A DNA stretch of 27,677 nt, taken from the IMG/VR virus record IMGVR_UViG_3300035696_000009; one strand, 5' to 3'. This document shows positions 7,365 to 16,096 of the stretch, one piece after another. The stretch's first letter is position 1; each line of letters starts with the position of its first letter. The notes beneath the pieces were generated by a model. That model was not told the origin of the DNA and did not search any database. It saw nothing but the letters and a program-made list of their open reading frames with translations. This stretch comes from an uncultured virus (IMG/VR IMGVR_UViG_3300035696_000009) (Duplodnaviria > Heunggongvirae > Uroviricota > Caudoviricetes). Made by a program: the position numbers and the translations under genes.

Positions 7365-7832
7365 TCAGCGGCGCCAGCCGTGACCCCAGCCGCCATGACC
7401 CCAGCCGCCGTGCCCATAACCGCGGCCGTAGCCGCGACCCCAACCGCGCTCGCGGCGGCGCCAGCGATCCCAATCACCGCCGCCTTCGGGGATGTACTCT
7501 GGGATGACCTCTTCGATGATCTCTTGCCCCGCGGGCTGCACGGGTTGCTGTTGAAGCTGGTACCCGCCGTACGGCTGGGCATATCCCTGCTGGTAGGTGG
7601 GGAACTGCGTCACGGAATCGCCCACGTATTCGCCCGAGACGGCGGTGAAGGGGAACGCGCCCTTCGCCTTCGAGAGCATGACACCGTAGCCGGCGACGGC
7701 GCCGACCAGCGCGCCAGTCGTCGCGTCGCCCTTCAACATGAACTTCGCGGCGAGTGCGCCGAGGCCCGCGCCGACGACGATCTCAGTGAAGGGCTCTGCG
7801 AACTTGGGGAGCATCTGGCGGACTGTTGACAT
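7365..7832 (-). CDS. Glycine-zipper membrane protein with Q/Y/G-rich and GHGGW-repeat tail
   Basis: AGGAG RBS; GAGLGALA and GALVGAVAG helices; tail GRGYGRGYGHGGWGHGGWGHGWRR. Confidence 0.8.
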   Translation of the reverse strand: MSTVRQMLPKFAEPFTEIVVGAGLGALAAKFMLKGDATTGALVGAVAGYGVMLSKAKGAFPFTAVSGEYVGDSVTQFPTYQQGYAQPYGGYQLQQQPVQPAGQEIIEEVIPEYIPEGGGDWDRWRRRERGWGRGYGRGYGHGGWGHGGWGHGWRR

Positions 7833-7862
7833 CGTCGTCTCCTATCGGGGACCGGCGACGGC

Positions 7863-8288
7863 TCAACGCGCCGGATTGCAAACGGGACAGGGCACTTCGT
7901 GCCCAGGCCTCCCAAGCCTACCAGCGCCCCCGCACGTCTCACAAATTGGCGAATTGTTCGGCGCGCCGGGGCGCTCCTCGATGATCTCGGCGTCGAGGAT
8001 GACCGGGGGGTCAGCCGACGGCGGCGGGCCGTGGCCGGGTTCCCGCACTTGCCGGATGACGAGTCCCTGCGATGCGGGCAGGCGCACGGCCTTGGGCTTG
8101 CTCGGGATCGCGGGCCCGTTCTGGGCGCGCGGCGCGGGCGGTGGCGGGGGCGGTTCCGGCCTCGGCCAGTTCTCGAAGAGGAGCTTGCCGAGCAAGTTGA
8201 TGGTCGGCTTCACGTCGCGCTCGACTGCCTTGCCCGCCTCCTTGATGACGAACGGCACCTCGCCCTCTTTCCCGGCGCGACGGGTCAT
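7863..8288 (-). CDS. Pro-rich protein with DnaJ-type Zn finger
   Basis: CETCGGAG...CPVC at C-terminus. Confidence 0.75.
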   Translation of the reverse strand: MTRRAGKEGEVPFVIKEAGKAVERDVKPTINLLGKLLFENWPRPEPPPPPPAPRAQNGPAIPSKPKAVRLPASQGLVIRQVREPGHGPPPSADPPVILDAEIIEERPGAPNNSPICETCGGAGRLGRPGHEVPCPVCNPAR

Positions 8289-8294
8289 GGGCCT

Positions 8295-8324
8295 AGCGTA
8301 CCACGGCGGGTTTTGGCGCGGTAA
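8295..8324 (-). promoter_or_regulatory. Extended -10 promoter, leaderless geometry
   Basis: TTACCG-18-TACGCT with TG extension; 6 nt to ATG 8288. Confidence 0.55.
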
Positions 8325-8345
8325 CGGCGGCCAGTCCTCGTCTCC

Positions 8346-8699
8346 TTATTTGTGGGTGGCAAGCTCGTCCAGGTGATCCGAGACGCAGTAGTAACTCTCG
8401 CCGGTCTCGGCCATGTGCTTGTCGGCCGCGCGGCGCGCGCGCCGGAGCCACACTTCCTTCCGGAGCACCTTGGCGACCTCGGCCCACTCGGGCATCGGGA
8501 AGTTCTTGCTGGACCCGGCATCGAACGGACTCTCGCCGGGCTCGCTCTCCTTGTCGCACGCCTCCGCGAGGCGGAGGACTTCCTCGTCCGGGAGGTCCTT
8601 CACGCGCTCCGCGATCTTGGCGTGCAGCTCGATGAGCAGGCCCGCCATCTCCTGGAAGACCAAGTGGAGCGGATCCTCGGCTGGCGAATTCTCAATCAA
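8346..8699 (-). CDS. Hypothetical protein (start uncertain)
   Basis: GC3-biased body; TTG start lies inside an inverted repeat. Confidence 0.7.
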   Translation of the reverse strand: MIENSPAEDPLHLVFQEMAGLLIELHAKIAERVKDLPDEEVLRLAEACDKESEPGESPFDAGSSKNFPMPEWAEVAKVLRKEVWLRRARRAADKHMAETGESYYCVSDHLDELATHK

Positions 8700-8712
8700 T
8701 GAGAATTGCGCC
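8683..8712. promoter_or_regulatory. AT-rich inverted repeat (operator or hairpin)
   Basis: AATTCTCA-N5-TGAGAATT flanked by ggcg/cgcc. Confidence 0.45.
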
Positions 8713-9150
8713 TTAGAGGCCCTGGATCTTCGTGACGTTGTTCGTCGGGAAGTGGGCGACCATCTGGCCCTGGAGCCCGCGGCCGTTCGTGTTCGCGAGC
8801 GGGGGCGACCCGTCCTCGAGCTGGGCGCTCGGCGGCGCCGGCTGCGGGCGCGCCACCGCCACGTGCGGCGACGGCTGCGACGGCAGCCCGAGGGCCTGGC
8901 CGTCCGCGCACACCGTCTCGAGCCTGCAGATGCCGAAGCCCGCGAGCCTACCGGTCTCCTCGCGCGCGAGCTGCACCGCGAGGTCCTTGATGGTCTTGGC
9001 GTCGTTGTACTGGGTCGTGAAGCTCCCCGCGAGCCCCGGCAGGAGCCGGAAGAAGACGGCTTTGTCGGAGGCGTCTCGGGCAGCGGCGGGGACCGCTTCC
9101 GGCGGGGACGCTGTATTGGCCGAGGCCGCTTCTTTTTTGGTGTCGTCCAT
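8713..9150 (-). CDS. Hypothetical protein (MDDTKKEAAS...)
   Basis: AGGAG RBS before ATG 9150. Confidence 0.75.
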   Translation of the reverse strand: MDDTKKEAASANTASPPEAVPAAARDASDKAVFFRLLPGLAGSFTTQYNDAKTIKDLAVQLAREETGRLAGFGICRLETVCADGQALGLPSQPSPHVAVARPQPAPPSAQLEDGSPPLANTNGRGLQGQMVAHFPTNNVTKIQGL

Positions 9151-9224
9151 GGATCTTGCTCCTGCGCATCTCGGCTCCGCCGAGGATCTCACTCAACCGG
9201 CGTCCTAGTCCAATTCGTGAGAAA

Positions 9225-10022
9225 TCACGACGGCGACGGGCCGTCGTTCTTCTCGCTCTCCGCGCTCTCCGGCGGCGCGGTGGGCGCGGCCGGTCCGTTC
9301 GCCTTCGCCTTCTCGGCGGGGGCAGCCGGGCGCTTCGCGGCTGGCCGCGCGAACGCGGAGAAGGCCGCCGCGGGCGGCAGCGTGACGCCCTCGGGCTTCG
9401 GCTCGGGTCTCGGCGCCGGGGCGCGCGCCGGCATCGGGGGCGGCGATCCCTGGATGACCCGCGGCTGGGCTGGGGCGCGGCGTGGGGCGGCTTGCGGGCG
9501 CGCCTCGGGCGGCGGCCCGAACATCTCGCGGCCGAAGCGCGGGTCTCGCGGGTCGACCATCGCCGGCGGTGGGGCGATCGGCTCCTGAGAGATGATCATC
9601 GGCAGGCCGTAGTCGAGCAGGCGCCTGTACGACGCCTGGAGGTTCTTCTCGAGCTGCGCCGCCTCCTCGAGCAGGTTCTTCCGGATCGCCTCCGCCTCGC
9701 CGTGGATGGCGTTCAGGTACTCGCCGAAGAGCTGCGCGCGCTGCGGGTCGACGCGCATCGCGGTGAGCGTCGCGTGGCACTCCGCGCGGAGGTCCTGCAG
9801 GCCGTGCCCGAACTTCTCGATCTGCTCGAAGTGCGCGAGGGAACGCCGCTCGCTCTGCCCGACGAGCGCGTGCGTGACCGACGCGACCGCGGCCACGGTC
9901 CCGGACGGCGGGAGCTGCGGCGGGGGCGGCGGGTACTGGCCGGGCGGGCCGTACGGCTGCGGCTGCTGGGGGTATGGCTGCGGCGGGTACGGCGGCGGTT
10001 GCCTGTAGGGCGGACGGTTCAT
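9225..10022 (-). CDS. Pro/Gln/Tyr-rich disordered protein with central coiled coil
   Basis: N-terminal PPYPPQPYPQQ low-complexity; helical core; Pro/Ala tail. Confidence 0.8.
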   Translation of the reverse strand: MNRPPYRQPPPYPPQPYPQQPQPYGPPGQYPPPPPQLPPSGTVAAVASVTHALVGQSERRSLAHFEQIEKFGHGLQDLRAECHATLTAMRVDPQRAQLFGEYLNAIHGEAEAIRKNLLEEAAQLEKNLQASYRRLLDYGLPMIISQEPIAPPPAMVDPRDPRFGREMFGPPPEARPQAAPRRAPAQPRVIQGSPPPMPARAPAPRPEPKPEGVTLPPAAAFSAFARPAAKRPAAPAEKAKANGPAAPTAPPESAESEKNDGPSPS

Positions 10023-10029
10023 CGCGCTG

Positions 10030-10058
10030 AGAGTAGACACTGCCCGGGGTGCCGTCAA
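10030..10058 (-). promoter_or_regulatory. Near-consensus sigma70 promoter, leaderless geometry
   Basis: TTGACG-17-TACTCT-7-ATG. Confidence 0.7.
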
Positions 10059-10076
10059 TTCACCGTTATTCTCTCG

Positions 10077-10325
10077 TCACGCTTCGCCGTCGTCCCGCGG
10101 CGGTTTGGTAGCGGGGAACTCCTCGGGCGTGTCGTGGTACTCGGGGTGCGAGCTGAGGAACGCGGCGGCCTTGAACCGGCTGACGACGCGCGTCTCGGGC
10201 GTCGTCCCATTGCAGAGGTCGCACGGGATGTCTCGTCCCCTGCACTTGGGGCAGACGCGCGGCGGGAACTGCGAGCTTTGGTTGCCGCTCCCGCTGCTCG
10301 GCGGATCGTCGTCGCCGTTCGCCAT
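10077..10325 (-). CDS. Small Zn-ribbon protein
   Basis: CPKC...CDLC. Confidence 0.7.
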   Translation of the reverse strand: MANGDDDPPSSGSGNQSSQFPPRVCPKCRGRDIPCDLCNGTTPETRVVSRFKAAAFLSSHPEYHDTPEEFPATKPPRDDGEA

Positions 10326-10349
10326 GCGGCGATCATCGTATCATCGCGT

Positions 10350-10553
10350 TCAGGTTTTCCTGCCACCGTCGGAAATCCCGAGACCACCCGGAAGCTCGAA
10401 GCTGAAGATGGACGGCTGCCTATGGTTCCGGTCGAACCTCCGGTGGCAGATCTCTCTCTTGTGCAGCGCGAGGTCGCCGGCGGTCGCGGTGCGCGCGCCG
10501 CATTCGCAGGAGAACGGGAGGAAACTCAGCTCGGGCTCGACGATCGGGGTCAT
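10350..10553 (-). CDS. Small Zn-finger-like protein
   Basis: AGAGG RBS; FSCECG...LALHKREIC. Confidence 0.6.
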   Translation of the reverse strand: MTPIVEPELSFLPFSCECGARTATAGDLALHKREICHRRFDRNHRQPSIFSFELPGGLGISDGGRKT

Positions 10554-10575
10554 GGGAAGCGGTCCTCTTATCACA

Positions 10576-10917
10576 TCAAAGCTCGACGTCGTCGCGCTCG
10601 ACGCCTGACCGGATCATTTTCACCCACGCCGCCGCGAGCTGCTTGCCCTCGATGCGAGCCACGACCGTCGGGTGATAGCCGCGCTCGCTCCCCGACAGGT
10701 GGCAGAGCGAGCCCGCGAGCTTCGGGGAACCACCACGCACATGCTTCCTACACGAGCAGCCGAGGGATTTCTTCTTCGCGAACCACCACGTTGAGCGCTC
10801 ACAGACGCAATCGATCGCGCCGTCTGGGTGGACTACGCGCAGGTGCTCGGCGCGGGCGCGGCCCCCGTAGCGGATGGTGCGCTCGCGTCGCTCGCCGCGT
10901 TTCTTTTCCTTCTCCAT
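10576..10917 (-). CDS. Basic Cys-containing hypothetical protein
   Basis: GGAGGT RBS; CVC and CSC motifs. Confidence 0.7.
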   Translation of the reverse strand: MEKEKKRGERRERTIRYGGRARAEHLRVVHPDGAIDCVCERSTWWFAKKKSLGCSCRKHVRGGSPKLAGSLCHLSGSERGYHPTVVARIEGKQLAAAWVKMIRSGVERDDVEL

Positions 10918-11025
10918 GTGGACCTCCAGCTCGCGCCCATCAGGCGCGCGAGGGTGGAGTTCCGGGATTTTCTGGCCACGGGGAGCACGTGGTAGCTTTA
11001 GCAGACCGAGGCTAGCGGAGCGACC

Positions 11026-11484
11026 ATGTCAAGATCGACCGACAAGGACATCGAGAAGTACGTCCACGACCTCATGCCCAAGAGGGTGAAGAAGGCGCTC
11101 GCCGACGCGAAGTTCAGCCTGTACCACGGGCCCGGGTCCGGCGGCGGGATGGGCTACGGCAAGGCGTCCGAGATCGTCGAGGATTGGTGGTCCGAGAACA
11201 TGGGCGACGACCTCGTCGTCGACGACGGCGGCAACGTCTCGACCAAGCACGACTTCGACCGGTACCTGAACCAGATCTCCGACGAGCGCTACAACGAGGC
11301 CCTCCAGGAGGCGATCGACGAAGGGATCGGCGACGAGGAGGAGTACGAGTCCGACGCCGACGAGGCGAAGATCAAGTACGCCAAAGGCGAGGCGCAGAAC
11401 TACGTCGACGGCACGCTCGAGACGTCCACGATCTACGACTCGCGCGACGTGAGGCGGCTCGTGCTCGGAAAGGACTGGGCGTGA
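11026..11484 (+). CDS. Acidic hypothetical protein
   Basis: GGAG RBS; upstream TGnTAGCTT; 35 D/E vs 19 K/R. Confidence 0.85.
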   Translation: MSRSTDKDIEKYVHDLMPKRVKKALADAKFSLYHGPGSGGGMGYGKASEIVEDWWSENMGDDLVVDDGGNVSTKHDFDRYLNQISDERYNEALQEAIDEGIGDEEEYESDADEAKIKYAKGEAQNYVDGTLETSTIYDSRDVRRLVLGKDWA

Positions 11485-11927
11485 CCCTCTTCGAGCGGTC
11501 GTCCACGACCCTCGCCACCATCGTCGTGCTCAGCATGTGGGTAGGCTGCCCGCCGCCTCCGCCGCCCCCGCCGCCGAAGGACGCGTGCGCGAGCATCTCG
11601 ATCCCAGCCGTCAACGGCCCCGCGTCGGGCTCGCAGGTCGTCTGCACGCTGCCCTCGGACTGCCGCGAGGACTCGGTCGCGGTGCCGATCGACACTTTAC
11701 TCTGCAACGACAAGTCCGGCGGCTCCTGCCCCGCGGGCAATAGCGCCTGCCAGAACAAATGCGGCGGCACCGTGCTCAGCTCGGGGCTCACCATCGTGCC
11801 CAGCTCGTGCACGTGGGACAGGAACTCCGAGTGCAAGACCGCGGGCGGCGTCGCGGGATCGAGCTGCACGTGCAAATGGACCATCCCCGCGGGCTCGTCG
11901 CTCGCGTGCGGGTGCTCGTGCCAATGA
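11481..11927 (+). CDS. Cys-rich lipoprotein (148 aa)
   Basis: GTGA overlap; signal peptide ending WVG-C; poly-Pro linker; 14 further Cys. Confidence 0.75.
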   Translation: MTLFERSSTTLATIVVLSMWVGCPPPPPPPPPKDACASISIPAVNGPASGSQVVCTLPSDCREDSVAVPIDTLLCNDKSGGSCPAGNSACQNKCGGTVLSSGLTIVPSSCTWDRNSECKTAGGVAGSSCTCKWTIPAGSSLACGCSCQ

Positions 11928-12187
11928 AGTTCGGGCCCATGACCCTCTGCGACCTCGAGAAGGCGCTCCGGCGGCGCGGCGTCATCGTCTTCTTCCGTGC
12001 GAAGAAGTCTGCCCTCGATCGTATGCCGAAGCTGCCCGAGAACGTCCGGTTCCCCGGCAAGAGGGTTCCCCTCGACCTCGCGGCGGTGGTGGGCGTGAGG
12101 GGGGCCGAGGTCAAAATCCAGGACGACCACGGCTTCAGCGCGTGGGTGGCGATCGATGACGGCCTCTACGCGGTGGACGAGCTTTAG
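11924..12187 (+). CDS. Hypothetical protein
   Basis: ATGA overlap; converges on minus-strand stop at 12184. Confidence 0.75.
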   Translation: MKFGPMTLCDLEKALRRRGVIVFFRAKKSALDRMPKLPENVRFPGKRVPLDLAAVVGVRGAEVKIQDDHGFSAWVAIDDGLYAVDEL

Positions 12188-12441
12188 CAGGTCGGTTCGC
12201 CCAGGGCCTCTGCCATCGCGATGCGCGTCTCGTAATTGAGCACGAGGCGCTCGTACTCCGTGAGCTGCTCGTGCCAAACGCGGTCGAGCGCCCTCGAGAC
12301 GCGATCCCACGCGTCCTCGTCGTCGCCGTCGTCGCGGATGTTGAATGCGCCGCCGAGCATCAGGTACGCGAGCACGGCGCCGCGCATCCCGGCCGGCTTC
12401 GCGACGACCCGCTTGAGCGCGCGGCTCGAGAGCTTGCTCAC
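12184..12441 (-). CDS. Hypothetical protein
   Basis: GTG 2 nt after upstream stop; GC3 bias. Confidence 0.7.
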   Translation of the reverse strand: MSKLSSRALKRVVAKPAGMRGAVLAYLMLGGAFNIRDDGDDEDAWDRVSRALDRVWHEQLTEYERLVLNYETRIAMAEALGEPTC

Positions 12442-12443
12442 GC

Positions 12444-13025
12444 TCAGTCCGTGAGGTGGGCGACGTCGCCCGCGAGCTTGTGCGCCCAGTCCGCGATGGC
12501 GCGCTCGCGATCCTCCGGCGCCATGGCGGCGAGCAGGACCTCGCGCTCCGCGCTCGACGCCGCGGCCTGCGCCGCGAGTGCGCGCCTCTCCGCGCTCATG
12601 TCCTTGGCGTCCTCGACGAGCTTCGAAAGCTCCGGGCCCGGCGCCGCGCCGGGCAGGTTCTGGCGGTTCCTCTCGAAGACCTCGGCAATCACGGCCACGA
12701 CCTTCGACGACTCGAACTTCCCTCCCACGATCATCGTCTGGACGCCGGCCTTGCCGCTCCTCGTCATGCCCCGCAGCTCGAAGCGGACCTTCCACCGGTT
12801 CGGTTTGCCCGAGACGACGACGCGGAAGTCGGGCGTGAACCAGAAGACAAAATTCTCGCCGCGCGCGAGCAGCGCTTCGACGGCGTCGGCCTCCGGCCTG
12901 CCGAGCGCCACGGGGAAGAGCACGGGCCCCTCGGACCGCATGAAGCTGCCCTGGAGCTGCCATCTCGCGAGATCTTTGTCGTCGATGCGCGTCAAGCCGT
13001 CGGGGGAGAGGAGGTAGTTCTTCAT
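12444..13025 (-). CDS. Hypothetical protein (MKNYLLSPDG..., 193 aa)
   Basis: GGAG RBS; ATGA overlap with MTase stop. Confidence 0.8.
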   Translation of the reverse strand: MKNYLLSPDGLTRIDDKDLARWQLQGSFMRSEGPVLFPVALGRPEADAVEALLARGENFVFWFTPDFRVVVSGKPNRWKVRFELRGMTRSGKAGVQTMIVGGKFESSKVVAVIAEVFERNRQNLPGAAPGPELSKLVEDAKDMSAERRALAAQAAASSAEREVLLAAMAPEDRERAIADWAHKLAGDVAHLTD

Positions 13026-13735
13026 CCGGTCTCCGAAGATACATCGAGCGCGTGCATCGCGCAGCCGCTCTTCTCGACGAGCAGGCACCTCCGCTGCCCG
13101 ACCGCGAGGGCCGCGACCCCCGTCGAGCCGGAGCCCGCGAAGAGGTCGACGACGAGGTCGCCGGGTCTGCTCGAGGTCCTGATCATGATCTCGGCGAGCT
13201 TGGCCGGCTTCTCGGCCTTGTGGATCTTGCCCCGCAGAAGCTCGGTCACGTCGGTCCAGACGTTCGTGCGGCGCTTGTACGCGCTCTTGGCCGGGTACTT
13301 CTTGTTGTAGCCGGCGTAGCCGCGAAGCTCGTCTAGGAGCGGCACGTTGAACGTCTTGGGCTTGTCCCCTTTCACGAGCATCGCGACCTCCTCGCGCGTG
13401 AAGAGGTAGTTCGTCTGCACGCCGTACGCGCGCTTCTTGCCCCACGTGATGAGGTTGTGGAGGCGGAGGTCCGTCTGGTCTTCGACGGCCGCGAGCCACT
13501 TGAAGAACGGACGGTTCTTGTGCGTGCCGACGCCGCCCCACACGTACGCCGTGCCGCCGGCGGCGAGTAGGCCCTCCGCGAGGTGGCCGAGCCCGGCGTA
13601 GCACTCGTGGTCCCATTCCTCGTCGAGGATCTCGCCGTACGGCGGGTCGCAAATGAGGAGGTCGACCTTGCCGATGTGCTCCCGGAGGTCGACGTGGAAG
13701 CAGTCGCCGCGGATGACCTCGATGCTCGCCGTCAT
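13022..13735 (-). CDS. Orphan DNA N6-adenine/N4-cytosine methyltransferase, beta class
   Basis: GDC and DPPY (motif IV) precede HxxEKP and DLFAGSGST (motif I). Confidence 0.92.
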   Translation of the reverse strand: MTASIEVIRGDCFHVDLREHIGKVDLLICDPPYGEILDEEWDHECYAGLGHLAEGLLAAGGTAYVWGGVGTHKNRPFFKWLAAVEDQTDLRLHNLITWGKKRAYGVQTNYLFTREEVAMLVKGDKPKTFNVPLLDELRGYAGYNKKYPAKSAYKRRTNVWTDVTELLRGKIHKAEKPAKLAEIMIRTSSRPGDLVVDLFAGSGSTGVAALAVGQRRCLLVEKSGCAMHALDVSSETG

Positions 13736-13754
13736 GTCGCCGTCAGCGACTCTG

Positions 13755-14030
13755 TCACCGACGGTCGCGCTCGTCCAGCTCCCTCGTGAGATCATTCGTG
13801 CTCCTCTCGAGGTTCGCCTTGGCGCGCTTGCCGAAGAATCCCTTCGTGATCGCCCAGCCGGCGATCCCAACGGGCCAGAGCAGCATCCCGAAGACGAACT
13901 GGATGCCCACGTAGGCCGACTTCCTCGCTGGGCCGCGCAAGCTCCCCCAGGTTTCCCGATGCTCCGCGAAATCGATCATGCCGAGCCACCAGAAGACGCC
14001 GCAGAGGAAGTAGGAGGCGAGCCAGAACAC
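13755..14030 (-). CDS. Small membrane protein
   Basis: Two hydrophobic segments; LLWPV motif. Confidence 0.7.
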   Translation of the reverse strand: MFWLASYFLCGVFWWLGMIDFAEHRETWGSLRGPARKSAYVGIQFVFGMLLWPVGIAGWAITKGFFGKRAKANLERSTNDLTRELDERDRR

Positions 14031-14033
14031 GGG

Positions 14034-14399
14034 CTACACGAGCCCGCGCCGCTCGAGTGCGCGGTAGAGGAGCCCTTCCGCGGACCCCGGCAAGTCCGGG
14101 TGGTTGTACACGTCCACCGGATCAGTCCAGTCCGGCTCGCGGCGCCAATCGAAGTACGAGGGATGCTCGGGGATGCGGCTCCTCTTCACGATGGTGGCTA
14201 TCACGCGGTCGCGGCCCTCGAAGAGCGCCTTCATGATCCGGTGGTAACCGTCCGCGACGTGGAGCGCGCCGCCCGACTCGATCAGCTCGACCGGGTCACG
14301 CTCGTGGCCGGGCGCGGGCCTCGTCCCGCGTAGCACGTCCGCGTAGGCCCCGAAGACGCCCGACCTGTCCATGGCGAGGTCGCGGATGCGGACCATCAT
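14034..14399 (-). CDS. ParB/Srx-like domain protein
   Basis: PVEL...HVADGYHR motif. Confidence 0.65.
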   Translation of the reverse strand: MMVRIRDLAMDRSGVFGAYADVLRGTRPAPGHERDPVELIESGGALHVADGYHRIMKALFEGRDRVIATIVKRSRIPEHPSYFDWRREPDWTDPVDVYNHPDLPGSAEGLLYRALERRGLV

Positions 14400-15016
14400 G
14401 TCCCGGCGCCCTCCCTCACTCGGCGGACGAGGTCGACGAGCGCGCGGAGGTGCGCCTTGGCGCGAAGCTCGTCGCCCGCGACGATGGCCTCCTCCATGTG
14501 CGAGGCGTGGAGGCCGATCTGCACGAACGCGAGGTCGTGCGGACTGAGCGAGCTGCGGAACCGCGCGATGTCGTCGAGCACCCGCTCGGCGTTCGCGCGG
14601 AAGGACTCGAAGTCCGAGCCCACGAACTCCGGCGCTCGGAGGGCGAGGAGGATGACGCCGTCCACCCGCGCGAGGCCCGTGCGGCTCGGGTGCGGGTCGT
14701 GGACGATCTCGCCGTCCATGGCGACGACCGCATGCTCATGCCCTTTCACCGACAGACCGTGAAAGATGCAGTGGTGATCCGGCGGTAAGGCGGCCACAGC
14801 GTGCGCGGGCAGGCAGATGGCCCGCAGGCCCATCGGTCCGAGCCACGCGTCGAGCCTCTCGGCCCAGAGCCCGTCCCGGTCGTCGCGCATGTCGACGAAG
14901 CCCGGCACCTCCTGGATGGGGATCTCGAGGATGCTTGCGATGCACGCCGAAAGGCAGTCGCCAGGCTCGAACGGCCAGCGGTTCACGCCGAACTTGGTCT
15001 GGAAGACGGGGGTCAC
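14396..15016 (-). CDS. Papain-like (C39-like) peptidase-domain phage protein with C-terminal helical extension
   Basis: Q...GDCLSACIASIL, HAVV, HDPHP giving a Cys-His-Asp triad in order. Confidence 0.65.
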   Translation of the reverse strand: MTPVFQTKFGVNRWPFEPGDCLSACIASILEIPIQEVPGFVDMRDDRDGLWAERLDAWLGPMGLRAICLPAHAVAALPPDHHCIFHGLSVKGHEHAVVAMDGEIVHDPHPSRTGLARVDGVILLALRAPEFVGSDFESFRANAERVLDDIARFRSSLSPHDLAFVQIGLHASHMEEAIVAGDELRAKAHLRALVDLVRRVREGAGT

Positions 15017-15195
15017 GATCCTCGGATGATGAGATAACCCGACGCGGCCCTGCGGTGGTAGTCCTCCGGGACGCAGCCGGTCTCGGCGAACACGCGAGCG
15101 GCCTCGTCGCGCTCGGCCTGCGTCACGCGCGGCGTGAAGCTCTCGGACGTCTCCGTCTCGACGAGCACGCCCTCGTCCGTGGTCGTGATCTTCAT
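15013..15195 (-). CDS. Hypothetical protein
   Basis: ATGA and GTGA overlaps. Confidence 0.7.
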   Translation of the reverse strand: MKITTTDEGVLVETETSESFTPRVTQAERDEAARVFAETGCVPEDYHRRAASGYLIIRGS

Positions 15196-15482
15196 TTCTT
15201 GTCGCTCTCCTTCTCGGTGTCCGGGGCTGGCGGCGGGTTCGACTGCCGGACCGCGACGAGCGTCTTCTGGGAGATGGCGGTGAGCCTCCGGAGCGCCTGG
15301 TCGACGCTCTCCTCGATGGGGGCGAAGTCGGTGTTCACGAGGATCGCCGCCCCGCCCGCGATGACCATCACGGCCCACTCGTCGGGGTTCTGGTCGGAGG
15401 GCTTGAGGTGGATCTCGAAGCTCGGCCCGATCGCGCGCACGCCTTTGCAGAGCTTCTGGAGCTTCTCGGGCTTGTCGCTCAT
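15192..15482 (-). CDS. Hypothetical protein
   Basis: Packing; GC3 bias. Confidence 0.75.
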   Translation of the reverse strand: MSDKPEKLQKLCKGVRAIGPSFEIHLKPSDQNPDEWAVMVIAGGAAILVNTDFAPIEESVDQALRRLTAISQKTLVAVRQSNPPPAPDTEKESDKK

Positions 15483-15486
15483 GGCG

Positions 15487-15651
15487 CTAGCGGCGCGCGC
15501 GCGGCTTGCCGATGGCAGCCTCGATGAAGCGGTCCACGTCGAACCGCGGGTTGTCGGCCACGAAGAACTCGACGAACGCCTCGACCATCTTGTCCGGCGA
15601 GCCGTGGCTGCGGATGATCTCCGCGGCCTTGATGTAGTCCTTCTTCGTCAT
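15487..15651 (-). CDS. Small phage protein MTKKDYIKAAEII...DNPRFDVDRFIEAA (54 aa)
   Basis: GGAGG RBS; MTxKDY...NPRFD motif recalled from phage proteins; below ORF-track cutoff. Confidence 0.8.
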   Translation of the reverse strand: MTKKDYIKAAEIIRSHGSPDKMVEAFVEFFVADNPRFDVDRFIEAAIGKPRARR

Positions 15652-15666
15652 GTCCTCCGTCCTTCC

Positions 15667-16059
15667 TCAGCGAATCCTGTAGAGAAACTGAACCCACGGC
15701 GCGCGGGCCGCGTAGTGCCCGACGTTCAGGAACCTAGCACCGGAAGCGTCGACCGCCGCCGCGACAGCTTCCGCGCTCGGGCTCGGCTGGTAGTTCGGCT
15801 GCGTGGGCTTCCACCCTTCGGGCGGCACGACGCTCGCGATGCCGCGGCTGATGTCCCTCACGTCCCAGCCCTGGTCGACCCAGTCGATCCATTCGCACCA
15901 GCCTTCCCAGCTCTCGTTCCAGCGCCGGAGCTGCTGGGTTTTGTTCGCGGGCAGCGACTCGATCACGAGTGCGATGGCGTCGCCCACGTACATGTCCTTC
16001 GCGAGCTTGAGCGCCTCCCTCGCGGCCTCAGTCTTCGAGGTGCGCAGGCGCGTCTCCAT
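15667..16059 (-). CDS. Trp-rich hypothetical protein
   Basis: GAGGAGG before ATG 16059. Confidence 0.7.
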   Translation of the reverse strand: METRLRTSKTEAAREALKLAKDMYVGDAIALVIESLPANKTQQLRRWNESWEGWCEWIDWVDQGWDVRDISRGIASVVPPEGWKPTQPNYQPSPSAEAVAAAVDASGARFLNVGHYAARAPWVQFLYRIR

Positions 16060-16096
16060 CGCCTCCTCGAACGTGCATGCCACGAAAAACCCCGCG

